A DNA stretch of 60,391 nt, the filler included, from Sphacelaria rigidula (lineage: Eukaryota), in assembly GCA_964200075.2 (NCBI GenBank). It is 10 parts of 10 records of this genome, joined end to end, with 100 filler letters (N's around TTAATTAATTAA, not from the genome) between each part and the next. Parts side by side here need not be neighbours in the genome. Positions count along the whole stretch, not along the records: positions 1 to 5,950 come from CAXNAA020023278.1; positions 6,051 to 12,000 come from CAXNAA020023279.1; 8 more parts are not named here. One strand, 5' to 3'. Made by a program: the position numbers and the translations under genes. The notes below the pieces were generated by a model. The model was not told the DNA's origin, did no database searches, and saw only the letters and a program-made list of their open reading frames with translations. How positions within the stretch are numbered: position 1 is the stretch's first letter; the number at the start of each line of letters is the position of its first letter. This document shows, piece after piece, positions 1 to 12,000 of the stretch.

Positions 1-315
1 AAACTTACATGAAAACCGCCCCCTGGTTTTGTTTCGTCGCCTTCTTCCCCCCTCCCCTCCTCCCCTCCCCCCCCCCCCCCCCCCCCCCCCGACCCCACCC
101 TCTCCTTTTGTGGGATGGGGAAAAATACGAGCAAATGAACGAAATATAACTTCGATCGAACAGCTGGCTTCTCGTGAGTGCCCGTGAAGTCACGAGATCC
201 CAACTTTTGGACTATCAAATAGGAAACAACAGACACCCCTCCCCCCCCTCCTCCCAACCTAACCTAATCACCCACCAACGTCCTCTTTACAACCCCATGA
301 CCATCGTTTGAACAG

Positions 316-848
316 GGACAATCCCCGCCAAGATTAGCCAGTAGCAGCAGCAGCAGCAACAATAACATTAAGAACGACAGGAACGACAACGGCGATACCA
401 CAGCTAACACCAGCAATTCCGGAGGCGAAGGGCCCAACTCCAATTCCAATCGCAACCCTAGCACAAGTCCCCAAGAGCAGCAGCATCAGCATCAGCGGCA
501 GCAGCGCCATCGCGAGAAGCGAGACGCGAGCGACGAAGGCTCCGAGTCCTGTTTCGTCGTACACCACCAACCTCTGACCTCCCCCTCTCGTCGTTTTTTC
601 TCTTCACTGGATGGAGGCAGCGCCGGTGGTAGCCCCCCTGCTACCCCCCCTCGATCGTCACCCCCGAGGTCTCCGTCGTCGTCTGCCGTTTCGTCCCCCA
701 CCCGGCGGTTTTCGTCGTCGCCTTTGGGTGCGCGGTCCGCGACGTCTCCCCCGGGGTCACCGGCAGTGTCGTCGCCCAGTTCGTCACGCTCGGGCAGCCT
801 GGTCGATGGGCATCTGCTGTTCCTTCCCAACGTGCCTTCGCGATTAAG
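316..848 (+). CDS. Internal exon of a Ser/Pro/Asn-rich low-complexity protein
   Basis: Acceptor gaacAG at 311-315. Stop-free frame GQSPPRLASSS...LLFLPNVPSRL. Donor GTgtgt at 849. Ends in phase 2, compatible with the next exon at 1549. Confidence 0.6.
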
Positions 849-1548
849 GTGTGTGTGTGTGCGTGCGTGCGTGCGTGCCTGCGAGCGCTTGTGTGTCTTT
901 GTCTTCGCCTGGTGTGTCTGTATTATCTCGAGTTTCTCGTTGGTAGGCGTGAGCTGTGTGTGTATGGGAGGTGAAGGAGTAGTGGTACGCTTTCGAAATG
1001 TTCAGCAGGGTAAATGACATGTCCAGAGACCGGTGTATGGACGAAACACGTCGGAAAAAGTAAACACGTCGCAGGTATTGTCATGACAGTACGTACGGTC
1101 CTGCGTCAATTGATCAAAAGGTCGATCCGTGGGTGATCGCCAACCCTGCACCGGCGACGAAGTGTCTCCTACAGGTCGATACCTCAGTTCTTCCCACGAA
1201 CGGGCGGCGACCGTGCCACGTGCATAGCTCGCGTATTGAATGCCTGATGTGCTTTCAAGTGCAACGCACGCCCAATTTTGCTATTGCAAACTTCGTACTT
1301 GAACCATTCGAGATTCATTAGCGACTGTTTTCGTGTTGTTACATTGGGTGTGTCTATTTTGTAGCCACGTCTGACTTCGTAGTGGATTAGTTAATATGAG
1401 ACAGTCGATAAATGAGTCGAAACTCCCTTCTCCCCCCCCGCCCCCACGACTTTCCCTCCACGCCCACATGATGATCGACTGCTCGGCCCTCCTTCTGATT
1501 TCCCATCCGAAACAATCCTGGCTGATTCCGCACCGGTCTCTCGCTCAG

Positions 1549-3277
1549 TCACATACCATGGGATGACGGCCGTGGCCTCACGTCGCACCGGCCTCCGCCG
1601 CAGTGGCGACCACCACCGCCTGAAGACCGCGCCAACGACGACAGTAGTAGAAGTGGCATCAACAACAGCAACAGTAGCAGTAGCAGCAACCACAACAGGG
1701 ACAACAACAACAAAAACAATGACAATGGTAGCAGTCGCCAAGACAGTAGCCACGAAAACATACGGCGCAACCGCAGGGAAATAGTAGAAGGGGACGGTAA
1801 CGGCGGCGGCCGACACCAACAGCAGAGGTCGTTGCCTAGGCGAGCGGTCGGTGATATTGACGACGGCGGTGCTGGTACTTGTGCTGTACTCCTTGATGGC
1901 GCTGGCATGCCTCCCCAAGGTGGTGTGGACCTCGAGCAGCGGCGGTTTGGTCGAAGCAACGATACGGACAACAACGGCGCCTCCGATGATGATGATGACA
2001 ATGATCGCAGCGGTACGAACACCAGTCAGAGCAGAGGCGTATCATTCGCTGCGGCGTCCGCCGCGGCGACGAAGGACTCCATCACTGCAATTACGGGCGG
2101 CGGTAGTGGCGACGGCGATGGCGGGGACAGCGAAGGGGGTGGAGGTATCCGACGGGATATCGGAAGGTGCATGGGGGTCGATAATGAGAGAGTAGACGTC
2201 CGTAGAGACGGAAACGGAAGTGAGTTGGTCACACCCGCGGTTGTTGGAGACGAAGCACGAGGCAGGAATCACGGCGTTAGCCTGTCGCCTTCCAGGCGGT
2301 CGGTCGGCGATGGTGGTGGTGTCGGTCGGCAGAGCGGCGGCAATGTTGGCTACGGAACGGGGGAAGACGGAGCCGCGAGTGGGAGCGACAGCCAGAGCGA
2401 CAGTCACAGTACTCGCAGTGCGGGCACGATGTGCAGCAGTAACAGCGGCAGTAGGGAGGCACTGTTGTTAATGATGGCTGAGGAAGGATCGAGATCAAGC
2501 TTGGCAGCTTGTAGTCGGTCTAATGGTCGGGGTGATGTTGACGCGGTCATTGGTGGTAGAAATAACAACGGAGAGTCGGCTTCCGCTGCTCCATTGCGGT
2601 CGTCGTTGACATTGGCGAGGTCAATGCCCCCGACCCCCGCCTCGTTGTCTCCTTTGCCTGAGCTGTTGTCTCCCGATGGTTCGGTGTTCGCGAAGGATCC
2701 ACGGGATCCCGAACACTGCCAAGTTGACGAGCAATATAGTGACGGGCGTGGCAGCAACGACCACTGTGACGATGGCGGTGGTGGCGGCGGTGGCGGTTGT
2801 GACGGTGACGGGGGCGGTAGGTACGAGATGAACGATGTTTCTGCTGGCGCCGGGACTGAAACTACACCAGTACACGGGAATAGAAGAGGGTGGCACTGTG
2901 GCGGTGTACCCGCCGCCGATGGTACCGATCGTCACGACCGTCAGCAAACGAAAACACCGCGGCGGAACAACGACAACAGCGACCCAGGCACTACCGCGGA
3001 ACGGCCGCTCGAGCACGCAGACGCTGGCGCTGGCGACGACGATGACGATGACCCTCCTCATCAAGAGCCATCGGAAGATTGCTCCAAAAGCGTACGGGGA
3101 CCAGGCGTGGAGTTCACGGAAAAGGGAAACAAGCGGCCGTTTTCGGATGGCACCAATTCCTCGGCAGACTTTGTTCGCGACCCTGCCCCGGATGGTAGTT
3201 GTAGCGCTACAGATCTAGGCCCCTATTCGAGACGTTTGCATCTTCGGAGACGATTGGCAGATGGCGAGCAGGGTTGA
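1549..3277 (+). CDS. Large exon of the same Gly/Ser/Asp-rich low-complexity protein
   Basis: Acceptor ctcAG at 1547-1548. The frame is open from 1550 (HIPWDDGRG...) through ORF 1832..3277 and its phase matches exon 316-848. The 3' boundary is uncertain (TGA at 3275 or a donor near 3263-3272). No recognisable domain. Confidence 0.6.
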
Positions 3278-4073
3278 GCTCAAAAGCGTGTCGTGGTGGG
3301 TCTCCGAAAAAGCACATGTGCTGCAAAATAAATGGGGGAGGGGAGGGGGAAGGGGGGAAGCCAGGAGGGATAAAAGAGACGAGTCGCGGGGATGGGGGGG
3401 GAATGGGGATGGGGGAGATCCAGTTCCGGGATCTTTGATGGAGTGGTGTATCAGACGTTTGCCTTCATGTGCAGCGAATCAGATGTAGCTAGTCCGGAGC
3501 AACCGTCGTGATCGTTGTTTGATCAGTTGGCACTTTTGTTTGCGCACATCTGTAATCAACGGAGGCTTGTGTCGCAGCAGCACACAATTTTATAGGTGCT
3601 GGGGAAGTATGATATATGGGAAGCAGTTGTTGCAATTCCTGGTCGGCTGGGTGGCGTTCATGAAGATGTGGAGAAAATGAGGTTGAATAAAAGTTTGTGC
3701 AAGTTGGCTTTTTCGGGTGACTACAAGGGATATTTGTACAGGGTGCGTGGCCTGCCGTTGAGGTGGTTCACGTAACACCGAGTCAGATAAATATGGAGCG
3801 AGGGGGTACTTATTGTTCCATGTAAGTCCTGTGATTGATCGAACTCAGGTTTTTGGTGTATCAACTGTTGTGAATCATGAAGTTCCGCAAAAACATACCT
3901 CCTGGTCCGGGCTTTTGTCATGATATTTTGATGTTGAGCTGAGTCCTCTTCGTGAGGCAATGGCCACGTGTGTGTGGAGTTATAGCGTAGTTGTCTGTTT
4001 GATCGTCGCTAGTGTTTTGTCGTGCGATGTTTCTGTTGCCGGCTGGGATTCCGGAACGAGGAAAGTGGGCTGC

Positions 4074-4341
4074 ATCCCACGATAGGGGGGGAAATGGGGT
4101 ACCCATGATCTTGCATGCTATAGTCGAACAACCATTGATGAGGAAAGGTCGTCTGATTCCACGGCAAAAGGCTCATGGGTGTGTCGGACGACCCAACACA
4201 CTCGCGGTGTGCTTGTATTTGGGTAGAAACGGTGTCGAACAGTATGAGTGTTACTTCCAGTTAACGATCGCGTTCGAACAACTGTTGCTGCTTGAGTGGA
4301 AAGAATGACCCCAAAGACCCCCCCCCCCTCCATCGTAGGAT
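4074..4341. mobile_element. MITE with ATCC(C/T)ACGAT-G-run terminal inverted repeats (copy 1)
   Basis: Left end atcccacgataggggg, right end cccctccatcgtaggat. The internal sequence gacgacccaacacactcgcggtg is shared with 50564-50801. Confidence 0.7.
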
Positions 4342-4459
4342 GGCTACTAGTATGGAGAATTTGTGGTGACGTGAGACGGAGCTATACTAGGTGGGTACCC
4401 ACAGGTTATTGCCGTTGAAATGATGGTTGTGCAATTTCGGGATCAATAGGGTGGTGTAT

Positions 4460-4698
4460 TCAAGGGTCTGTCAAAAATATATTTCGGGACACGTAAGACC
4501 CAAAATCGGAAATTCGAGTTTTTGAGGGGGGGGTACTCATTTGTTGCCTGCCTTAGTCGTTTGACCATTGACCACACATCCCTTTCGAGACGGAGAGTTT
4601 TTGAGGGGGGGGGGGGAGGGATCCAGCCGTGTGTCCCGTGTTTTTTTGCCGAAGAGTGGACGGATGCGGTCAGCTGCCGTAGACAGTAAAGATCCTTA
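4460..4698. mobile_element. Short CAAGG-ended repeat/MITE carrying a nested element-A insertion
   Basis: Reverse-complement homolog at 12392-12553 lacks the insertion (shared caagggtctgtcaaaa, aattcgagttt, ggatgcggtcagctgccgt). Confidence 0.65.
4533..4594 (-). mobile_element. Element A (~65 bp, G-run-associated short retro-like element) with TSD
   Basis: gtactcatttgttgcctgccttagtcgtttgaccattgaccac...gagacgga, flanked by the direct repeat GAGTTTTTGAGGGGGGG starting at 4516 and 4595. Strand is inferred. Confidence 0.75.
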
Positions 4699-5950
4699 TA
4701 CACTATATATGGTGTATGTACATATATCATTTCACTTTTTTTCACAACTTTTGCCGAGTTTTTTTGTGGCGGCAAGGCATCATCACGCGCTTTCTTTTAC
4801 AGTGCACAAAGGAGGCGCAGCGGTACAATACCGTTCAGGTTTGGGTGTCATCTGATAACTGTGGCGCGTGTTCTGGCCATCGAAAGTCGCCCGCACTGGC
4901 TCTTTTTCGCCGGGTGCCGATCCCGAGCCACAACAGCCTTCCCAAGTTCATGAAACACTTTAAGCAGCAGGATGATTGGCGGGGTATTTTCCACCACGTT
5001 TCTTTTCATAGGTTCTCGTTCATTTGGGAGCACGAGTACACCGCTTATGCCGCTAATGTCACGAGAATATGAGAACAATGCAGTTGAAAACAATTGAACA
5101 TTACCTTGGCCTTAGTCGGTAGCGAACACCAGACCGTGCGGTGAGCCTTTGACGAGTTGAACAAGACACACACGTGGGCAAACGTACCCACTGGGGGTCA
5201 ACTGTGTAAAACCAGCAAAGCGGGGTGCCGAAATCCCTGTGATCATGCAACCCGTAGGATGAATCTGTGAAGTACTGGCGCAGGGATATCCTTGTGACAG
5301 GGTTGACAGGTTTGTCTTTGTGACGGGGATGACGGGGAGAATCATACGAGTACGCACCTCGTGTGTCTTTCGATGGCTTAGTACTGTATTTTCAGTACAA
5401 GTCAAGCGTTACTATGCTTGTGGATTTCTCCGCCGTGTCTGAACGAACGAGCCTGAAAACTGGCACAGAGGTAGACCAAAACACAGGCAGCATATTCCCG
5501 GATCGACGGCACGTTTCACGTGGTGGGCCAAACGCACGAAGTGAAAACGGATTCTGGGCAATGCCATCGATACGCCCTCAAAACGGACTCCGCTCGGCCC
5601 ACACCGTGTGAAACGTCAGTGGATGCATATATAGACACGCAGATGCGCTCACTTCTTTAACATGACCTGCTGGGTGGCTCCTGCCCCGACAAACGAGCAT
5701 CGATCCGTACTGGGTACACCCTGGATGATGACACTTTCCGCGGTACCTATCTCGGTATCGCCTGTAGAGGTACTCACATCAGGAGGCACGCTCGTGCAAG
5801 CGCTGTCAATGTTTTTGCGCGCAATGTATACGATGTACATGTATCATTTCACATTTTCACCGCTTTCGCCCAGTTTCCTCTGGCGTATAGCCTCTGCCAG
5901 ACGATCTGGACAGGAGGGCTATTCAGTGAGGGACTTCTCCAGAATCCACT

Positions 5951-6050
5951 NNNNNNNNNNNNNNNNNNNNNNNNNNNNNNNNNNNNNNNNNNNNTTAATT
6001 AATTAANNNNNNNNNNNNNNNNNNNNNNNNNNNNNNNNNNNNNNNNNNNN
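5951..6050. other. Artificial contig linker N44-TTAATTAATTAA-N44 (first of nine)
   Basis: Identical 100-bp linkers start at 5951, 12001, 18051, 24101, 30150, 36199, 42248, 48296 and 54344. The spacer places stop codons in all six frames. Confidence 0.98.
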
Positions 6051-8900
6051 ATTGTATCACCCATATGGGAGCTGGTCGTTGCTCGGTTGGCTGGCCAGGC
6101 GAATTCCATACAGGTTTACACATGTTGGCCCGGCATGTAAAAGGCAAAGTGTACTGTTTCATGCAACCAGGATGGTAACGGCCGAACTGCCGTTTGATCC
6201 ATGTGTTGTATGTGATGGAGAAGTGAAGAGTTGAAATAGTAGTGCTAAATCCGGGTATAATATGTGGGTGTGCGTTCGCGACTACCGTAACGTGACACCA
6301 CAGTACGGTACGTGGTAAAAGTATGTTCATCGGTTGGTGATTGACGCGCCTGAGTGACATGTATATTAATACTTTTCCTTTCTGTTGTCCCACTGCCCAT
6401 TCCCCTCGGGTCTGCACGATATGTGAGACGCTGAGCCTCCAAAAACCATTTTTGTCCGACACAGGTGCTGTCTGTAAGACTGAGACGAGCATGAAATGAC
6501 GGTTGGTTTTGGAGGGTGGTGACCGGCCAGGATCAGGATCAACCCCTCGCCGCGAATCTCCCCGCTATGGGGGAAGGATGATCAATGCAGCACTCCTTCC
6601 CCGTGGCCCAGAAGCGGGGGGGGAAAGACTTTGATTAGCAAGAATTGGGGGGGGGGGGCTGATTCTGATCGTGTGTTTTGTCTGGAGGCGTTGAGCTGCT
6701 TTGCTCCGCCGGTCACCGAGGGGGAATAAGGGGTTAAGTAGATGTAGTTAGTGTCTAGTTTGACTTGATGACGTAGGCACTACTGTAGTATGGATTGCAA
6801 AATTTGAATTCGAAATCTGATTCTTGTACTGTAGGCAGCTGACTGACTGTGAAGTGGATTTTGCAACATGTGATCCGAGTTTCGAAAGTTGTCAACTGCA
6901 CTGTGTTGTGTGGGTTCATTTATGTTACCTAGGAGCTTGGTCTCGCGTGCGTAGTGCAGGTTACTCGAATGCTAAGTACGACCACCCACGCTATTGTAAG
7001 GGGCATGGGCTAGTACAGTTGAAGAATTTGACTTGCGTTTCGCTTGATGAGTTGACCATCAGGAGCTACAGTGTGGTAAAACACACAGCTCATCCATCCC
7101 TGTTTTTGTCTTGGTGTGAAAAGAAATGTATCGATGTATTTGATTCTTGGCTGTTCCCATGGTCGTTGAAACAAGTAACAAGTTTCGGGATTTGCGGTTG
7201 TTTTACGGTTGCTAATGAAATTCATTTCTTGAGAGGATACATCTGTTGAATGCGCCGTGAGCGGAAGACTTATTTTTCAGGTGAGTAGTTCTGTTCACCA
7301 AAGTATGGTCCATGAACCTGACTTTTGACACGCGCAGTCTATGGGGGGGTGTTCGTAGGATGGCCTGCGGTGTTCAGTAAGATACACCTAGTCAGGGTAA
7401 GGTACAACAGTCTAGTGATATACCTGTTTGAGTTCCGGGTACTACGCGGAATGACTTTATATTGTGGTGTTAGTGACTGGACACACGTGAGTGGTGCTTG
7501 TCACATCCTGAGACTTTGGCGCCTACTGGGCCCACTCCCCTTCCTTCCCTCTTCATCAACAAAGCTTTGTATACATTTCTACCTCATCTTGATCGGCAGT
7601 CAGTCGTGTCCATTGATCGACTGTCACAGTCGTGTCCATTGATCGACTATCTGAGTCGAGTCTGCACCCCATCCTCTCACGGGGTCACGAAGCTACAAAC
7701 AGACGCTTATCTCTTTTCCTCCCCTCCCTTCCCTCCCTGCCCTTTTGTCCGTCGTTCCCGGTGTAGACTGGCGTTGCATGTTCTCTCATCACCTCTCCTT
7801 TCTCGAGTTTCTGTGAAGTGTTTCCACTCATTCATCTTGGGTATTTTCATCTCCTGACCACGGCGGGATACATGACGGATCAGTTCGTTGTGGGAAAATC
7901 ATTGACGGACCGTACGAGGGATTCAAACAGACCAAATCGAGGTCGAACAAGGAACGACCCTTTTCAGCGCCGGGCCGTCTTGTGAAATAATAGTATCATC
8001 GGCGGTTGGTTGACGTTCAACGCCGGTGTGCAGTAACCCCCAAGCTGCATCGTTTTTGCTTGTGGCCCACCGATGCAGGGTCGATCAACCCGCCGCCTAT
8101 TCTCATACAAAAGGAGTTCACACAGGTCAATGCATCCACGGTATCATGTGTGCCGCACGCACATGGCATTATGGTGAGTAGTGTATATTTTTAGTAGCGC
8201 AACACGCCCACTTCACCATATCCAGGCAAGACTTGTTTTCAAAATCTTGATGCACGTTTTTGTCGGATTTGATATACTTTCAGGTTTTCGAAGCGCAGGA
8301 CCACACGCCCAAGATGGTGAAAGAAACACGCAATCGCGTAGAAACGATATATGATGGTAGTGTCGGCATGGGTGCGAACGACAGTGACGATTGAACATGC
8401 GAATACTGTAATGCAGGTGCTTCAACCTTTTGAATATTTTGGCTGCGACATAATTGGTCACGGAAGTAATCTACACAACTATGGCAGCTGTTTCCGTTGG
8501 CAGCAGGTGGCCGCCGGTCGTGTGCAATACCGCAGCATACGTATACACCGACGGCAGCGAGCGGTGAAAAACGACCGAAATTTTTCATTTTATCGTAACC
8601 CTTCCCCTTTATCGAATCAAGTACAGTATCGGTACGGAATAAAGCATGATGAGGTTGAGAAATGAGGCTCAACCTTTCACGTAAAGTGAGTAAAAGATGG
8701 TTGAGAAACACACCAAAAATTGGGGGACAAGATAAGGAACGTCTGTATAAGAAGCAGAAAGGACTATGACCCAAAAGGCGGGCAACTCCCTCTGTGCGCC
8801 ACACGGAGCTTTCGGCTTCGCGGATGGTTCACCGTGCCCTCTGTTGTCTCAGCAAAAGCGTCAGTTTTGTGCGTGGTCTTAGGCTCCTTCTGGATCGGTT

Positions 8901-9150
8901 GACACTTTCTACGATAGCCCCCCTCCAAAACCAGCCCAAAAGTGTCACGAAAAAAATGGTCATACAGCGCGTGATGTTTGGGTTCAGGCTGGATGATGCG
9001 CCTCATACGGGCGACGTTGGCGAGAACGAACCCAAGCGTCGGAAATCCCAGCTGCGCGTTGTGCTCGGCTTTTTCCATTTTGGTCTACTGAAGATTTTGC
9101 CTCCCCAAACCAGGCACTGTTTTGGGGGGGGGACTATCGTAGAAAGTGTC
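8901..9150. mobile_element. 250-bp MITE with ~30-bp TIRs and a 4-bp TSD (GGTT)
   Basis: GGTT|gacactttctacgatagccccc ... gggggactatcgtagaaagtgtc|GGTT. Confidence 0.8.
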
Positions 9151-9875
9151 GGTTCTCACACATGAGGAGGGCAACACCACCTGTAATCGGCAACTTGAAG
9201 GTTCCAATTGAGCTTGCACGGTCGTATATCCATGTTTGTTGCCCGTTGTCGGAGAGCTGCAACGTATCGGGAAAATGGTTGTCGAGAGCCCAGAGACGTA
9301 AGAAAACGACTATTTGAGAAAATCAGCAGGATCCCGCAGTAAGGATCTAGACTGCAAACCCGTTATAAGAAAAGTAGTGACTTACACTGGTGTATGCTCC
9401 TGAAATAAGAACTTGAGCCTCGATCCCAAATTCACGCTTCATATCTTCGGGCCACAACTGTATGGCCGACAGGAGCTGAGGAACACTGGGGGTACTACTC
9501 TCCCCTTTGCCTCAACCTTCCTGAAAAAGGATACACCGTCACCCCAGACGGCCCTTTCCTATCCCCAAACCCTGATATCTGTCGGCAAATTCGGCCCAAA
9601 AGCAGAGCCAGACCCACAATAAATTCCCTCTGCCGCCTTCACTAAATATTTCCAAGTATATATGTACATATTAAATGGAAACAAATTTGTACCGCAAGCA
9701 CTCAACGGACAGCTGTAGAGTGTAGCAAGTCAACTTCCGAGTATCGCCCCATCGGCCGCGTTCATTTTCATGTACATGTTTTCCATCACCCTTCGACCGG
9801 CATTTCCTTCAAACACGGAGTTGTCTTTGTTCAAGTGTACAGGCAGCGCTGGTCTTGCTGCAGCTTCGCCGCTCA

Positions 9876-10021
9876 CCTGGACAAAAGATTACATTGCCAA
9901 AAAAATATACTGCGTACGGTATGGGATCTATTGCCTGTTGCAACAGGCAATAGATCCCAATAGACAATAGATCCCATACTGTACGCAGTATATTTTTTGG
10001 CGATGCAATCTTTTGTCCAGG
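9876..10021. mobile_element. Near-palindromic hairpin MITE
   Basis: ~58-bp arms cctggacaaaagattacattgccaaaaaaatatactgcgtacggtatgggatctattg and caatagatcccatactgtacgcagtatattttttggcgatgcaatcttttgtccagg. Diverged relatives near 25146 and 46590. Confidence 0.75.
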
Positions 10022-10653
10022 ATGTGGATACTTTCCTGAACTGTACCACACAAATAAATCAAAGAGGAAAACCATCCCCAAGGTAAGGTAAGCTTGGATC
10101 GGAAGATGAACTCACGCCGGCAGCACAAGAACCACAGCAAGTAAGCAACCTGTACAAAAATGGCAACTCCGGAAGACAGCTCGGGTGATCGAAGAAAATT
10201 TGAACAAAAGGAAGAGATATAATGCCCTCTGAGACAGCGGCCACACCAGTAGGCTGATGGAAACACGTGTGAAGTTTTACCCCTGTTGCTACAACTCTAA
10301 AATAGGTGTCGGATACAGTGAAACCAGCTCTCACGCCAGCAGCTGTCGCTGAGCTTGACCTGCATCCCAATCGTCAGTTGTGGACGTTAGCCTAGGCAGA
10401 CTACCGCCAAACTGGCCGAGCCGAAACACGAAAGGTGCACAGTCAACAAAGCGAGCACAACAACACGGGCAGGGGAGCGAGGGAGGGCGGGGCAACGAGA
10501 GTGGGACGAGGGGGGGGGGGGGGGGGGGGAAGTTTGTTCTTGGGGTGGTGAGGTGAGTGGGNNNNNNNNNNCGCACTCCCGACTCGAAAAAGAGACGGCG
10601 CAAAGTGCCGGCGCTCGTGCGGTTCGTGCCGTGGCTGATCACGGAGGGGGGGG

Positions 10654-11000
10654 GTACTCATGATCTTGCATGCCGTAGTCGTAAGACCATTGACCTCGCA
10701 TCCTTACAAAGCAGTGACGCAGTAAGCCACCTTTTCGCCGGACCAGGCTCGCAATCACCATGCGCGAAGCGCCGTGATGTGTTCGGCGAGTCGCATGAGC
10801 GGTGACCTGCAAGCTGCCAAGAATGTTCGGCCCGAAGCGTATTAATCATCTTGCATATAGATTACAGCCTCGAACGAGTTGCTTTATTTCCTGGTATCTT
10901 CCTGGCATACCATTCCCACAACCAGCCACGGGTTACACATGGTCTCACGGGAGTCTCACCATTCAAACACTTCGTAGTGCGATCCTCCCTTTTCAGCGGG
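10654..11000 (-). mobile_element. Element B (longer relative of element A)
   Basis: G-run followed by gtactcatgatcttgcatgccgtagtcgtaagaccattgacctcgcatcc... Colinear similarity over ~350 bp with 59809-60155. Far boundary approximate. Confidence 0.65.
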
Positions 11001-11520
11001 GTTGAGGTTCTCAACCCCGCACAACATAATCTAGCTCTACCATCATCATGGTTACCGTAAAAACAATGCAAGGGAAAGAAATACCGGTGTAATTTGGTTG
11101 CCTAGCTTACGCAGTGAGTGGTGTGTTTTGCAGTGTTATTGCCAACCGACGCCAACTCGTCAAGAGCGACGAGGGGGGAGCGGGGGGGGTGGTCGTGAAA
11201 TGAAGAGGTGAGAGAGTACACAGAGCCGAGTACATTTTCAACGATTTAGCGTGAATAGATCGATGGATTGGTTGATAACTGCGCATTTACTCGTTAGCGA
11301 AGAACCCAGATGTATGGACGAGTATATAAAACTCCTTCACCGCACCGCAGTCATATTTGGGATCTTGCCTGCAAGATTTTTCCCTTTCAAACTCGCCTGA
11401 AGGACACTCAACATGAATCAACGGACATGGCTCTAGAATGATGCAAAGGGCACCTATTGTAGTGCTGCGAGAAGGGAGGGGCGGCGAGGAAGTCACGAGG
11501 GCAACCGTCCGATCACTCAC

Positions 11521-11604
11521 CTCCCGAACAATGGACATGGTGACGGCGTGCAAATCTCGGATCTGCGACTCGTAAAACGTACGTTGTTGCTGGAGTTCTG
11601 CGAC
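11521..11604 (-). CDS. Internal exon, possibly coiled-coil (VAELQQQRTFYESQIRDLHAVTMSIVRE)
   Basis: ttttgcAG acceptor, GTgagt donor, 84 nt, phase 0/0, no stop codons. Confidence 0.55.
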
Positions 11605-11819
11605 CTGCAAAAGCACCGAAAACAAAAGACAAGAAATAGAAGGACTGGACGCGATCAATAAGCAGGAACGAGCTCGAATGATTGATCGCAACTCACCCGC
11701 ATGAAGGTGGGATCGGGGGTCGAACGACGGCAGGAACAGTCACGTACTACAATGTCTTCGGGATGGGGATGTACTCATGAACATGCATGCCATAGTCATA
11801 ACACCTTCGGGAGGGGGGG

Positions 11820-11885
11820 CGTACTCATTTGTTGCTTGCCTTAGTCGTTTGACCATCGACCACGCATCCCTTTCGAGACGGAGCG
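11820..11885 (-). mobile_element. Element A copy with 14-bp TSD
   Basis: Flanked by CACCTTCGGGAGGG at 11802-11815 and 11886-11899. Confidence 0.75.
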
Positions 11886-11900
11886 CACCTTCGGGAGGGT

Positions 11901-12000
11901 GTACTCATGATCATGCATGCCATAGTCATCAGACGATTGACCTCGCATCCCTACAATGCCGGGACGGAGCACGCCGGGTTTTCGCCGGACCAGGCTTGCA
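11901..12000 (-). mobile_element. Element B copy cut by the contig end (plus a B stub at 11771-11799)
   Basis: gtactcatgatcatgcatgccatagtcatcagacgattgacctcgcatccc...gacggagcac...ttttcgccggaccaggct matches the copy at 10654. Confidence 0.7.

Noticed and set aside
5995..6006. TTAATTAATTAA as a biological motif, and ORFs containing X runs
   Set aside because: Synthetic linker sequence.
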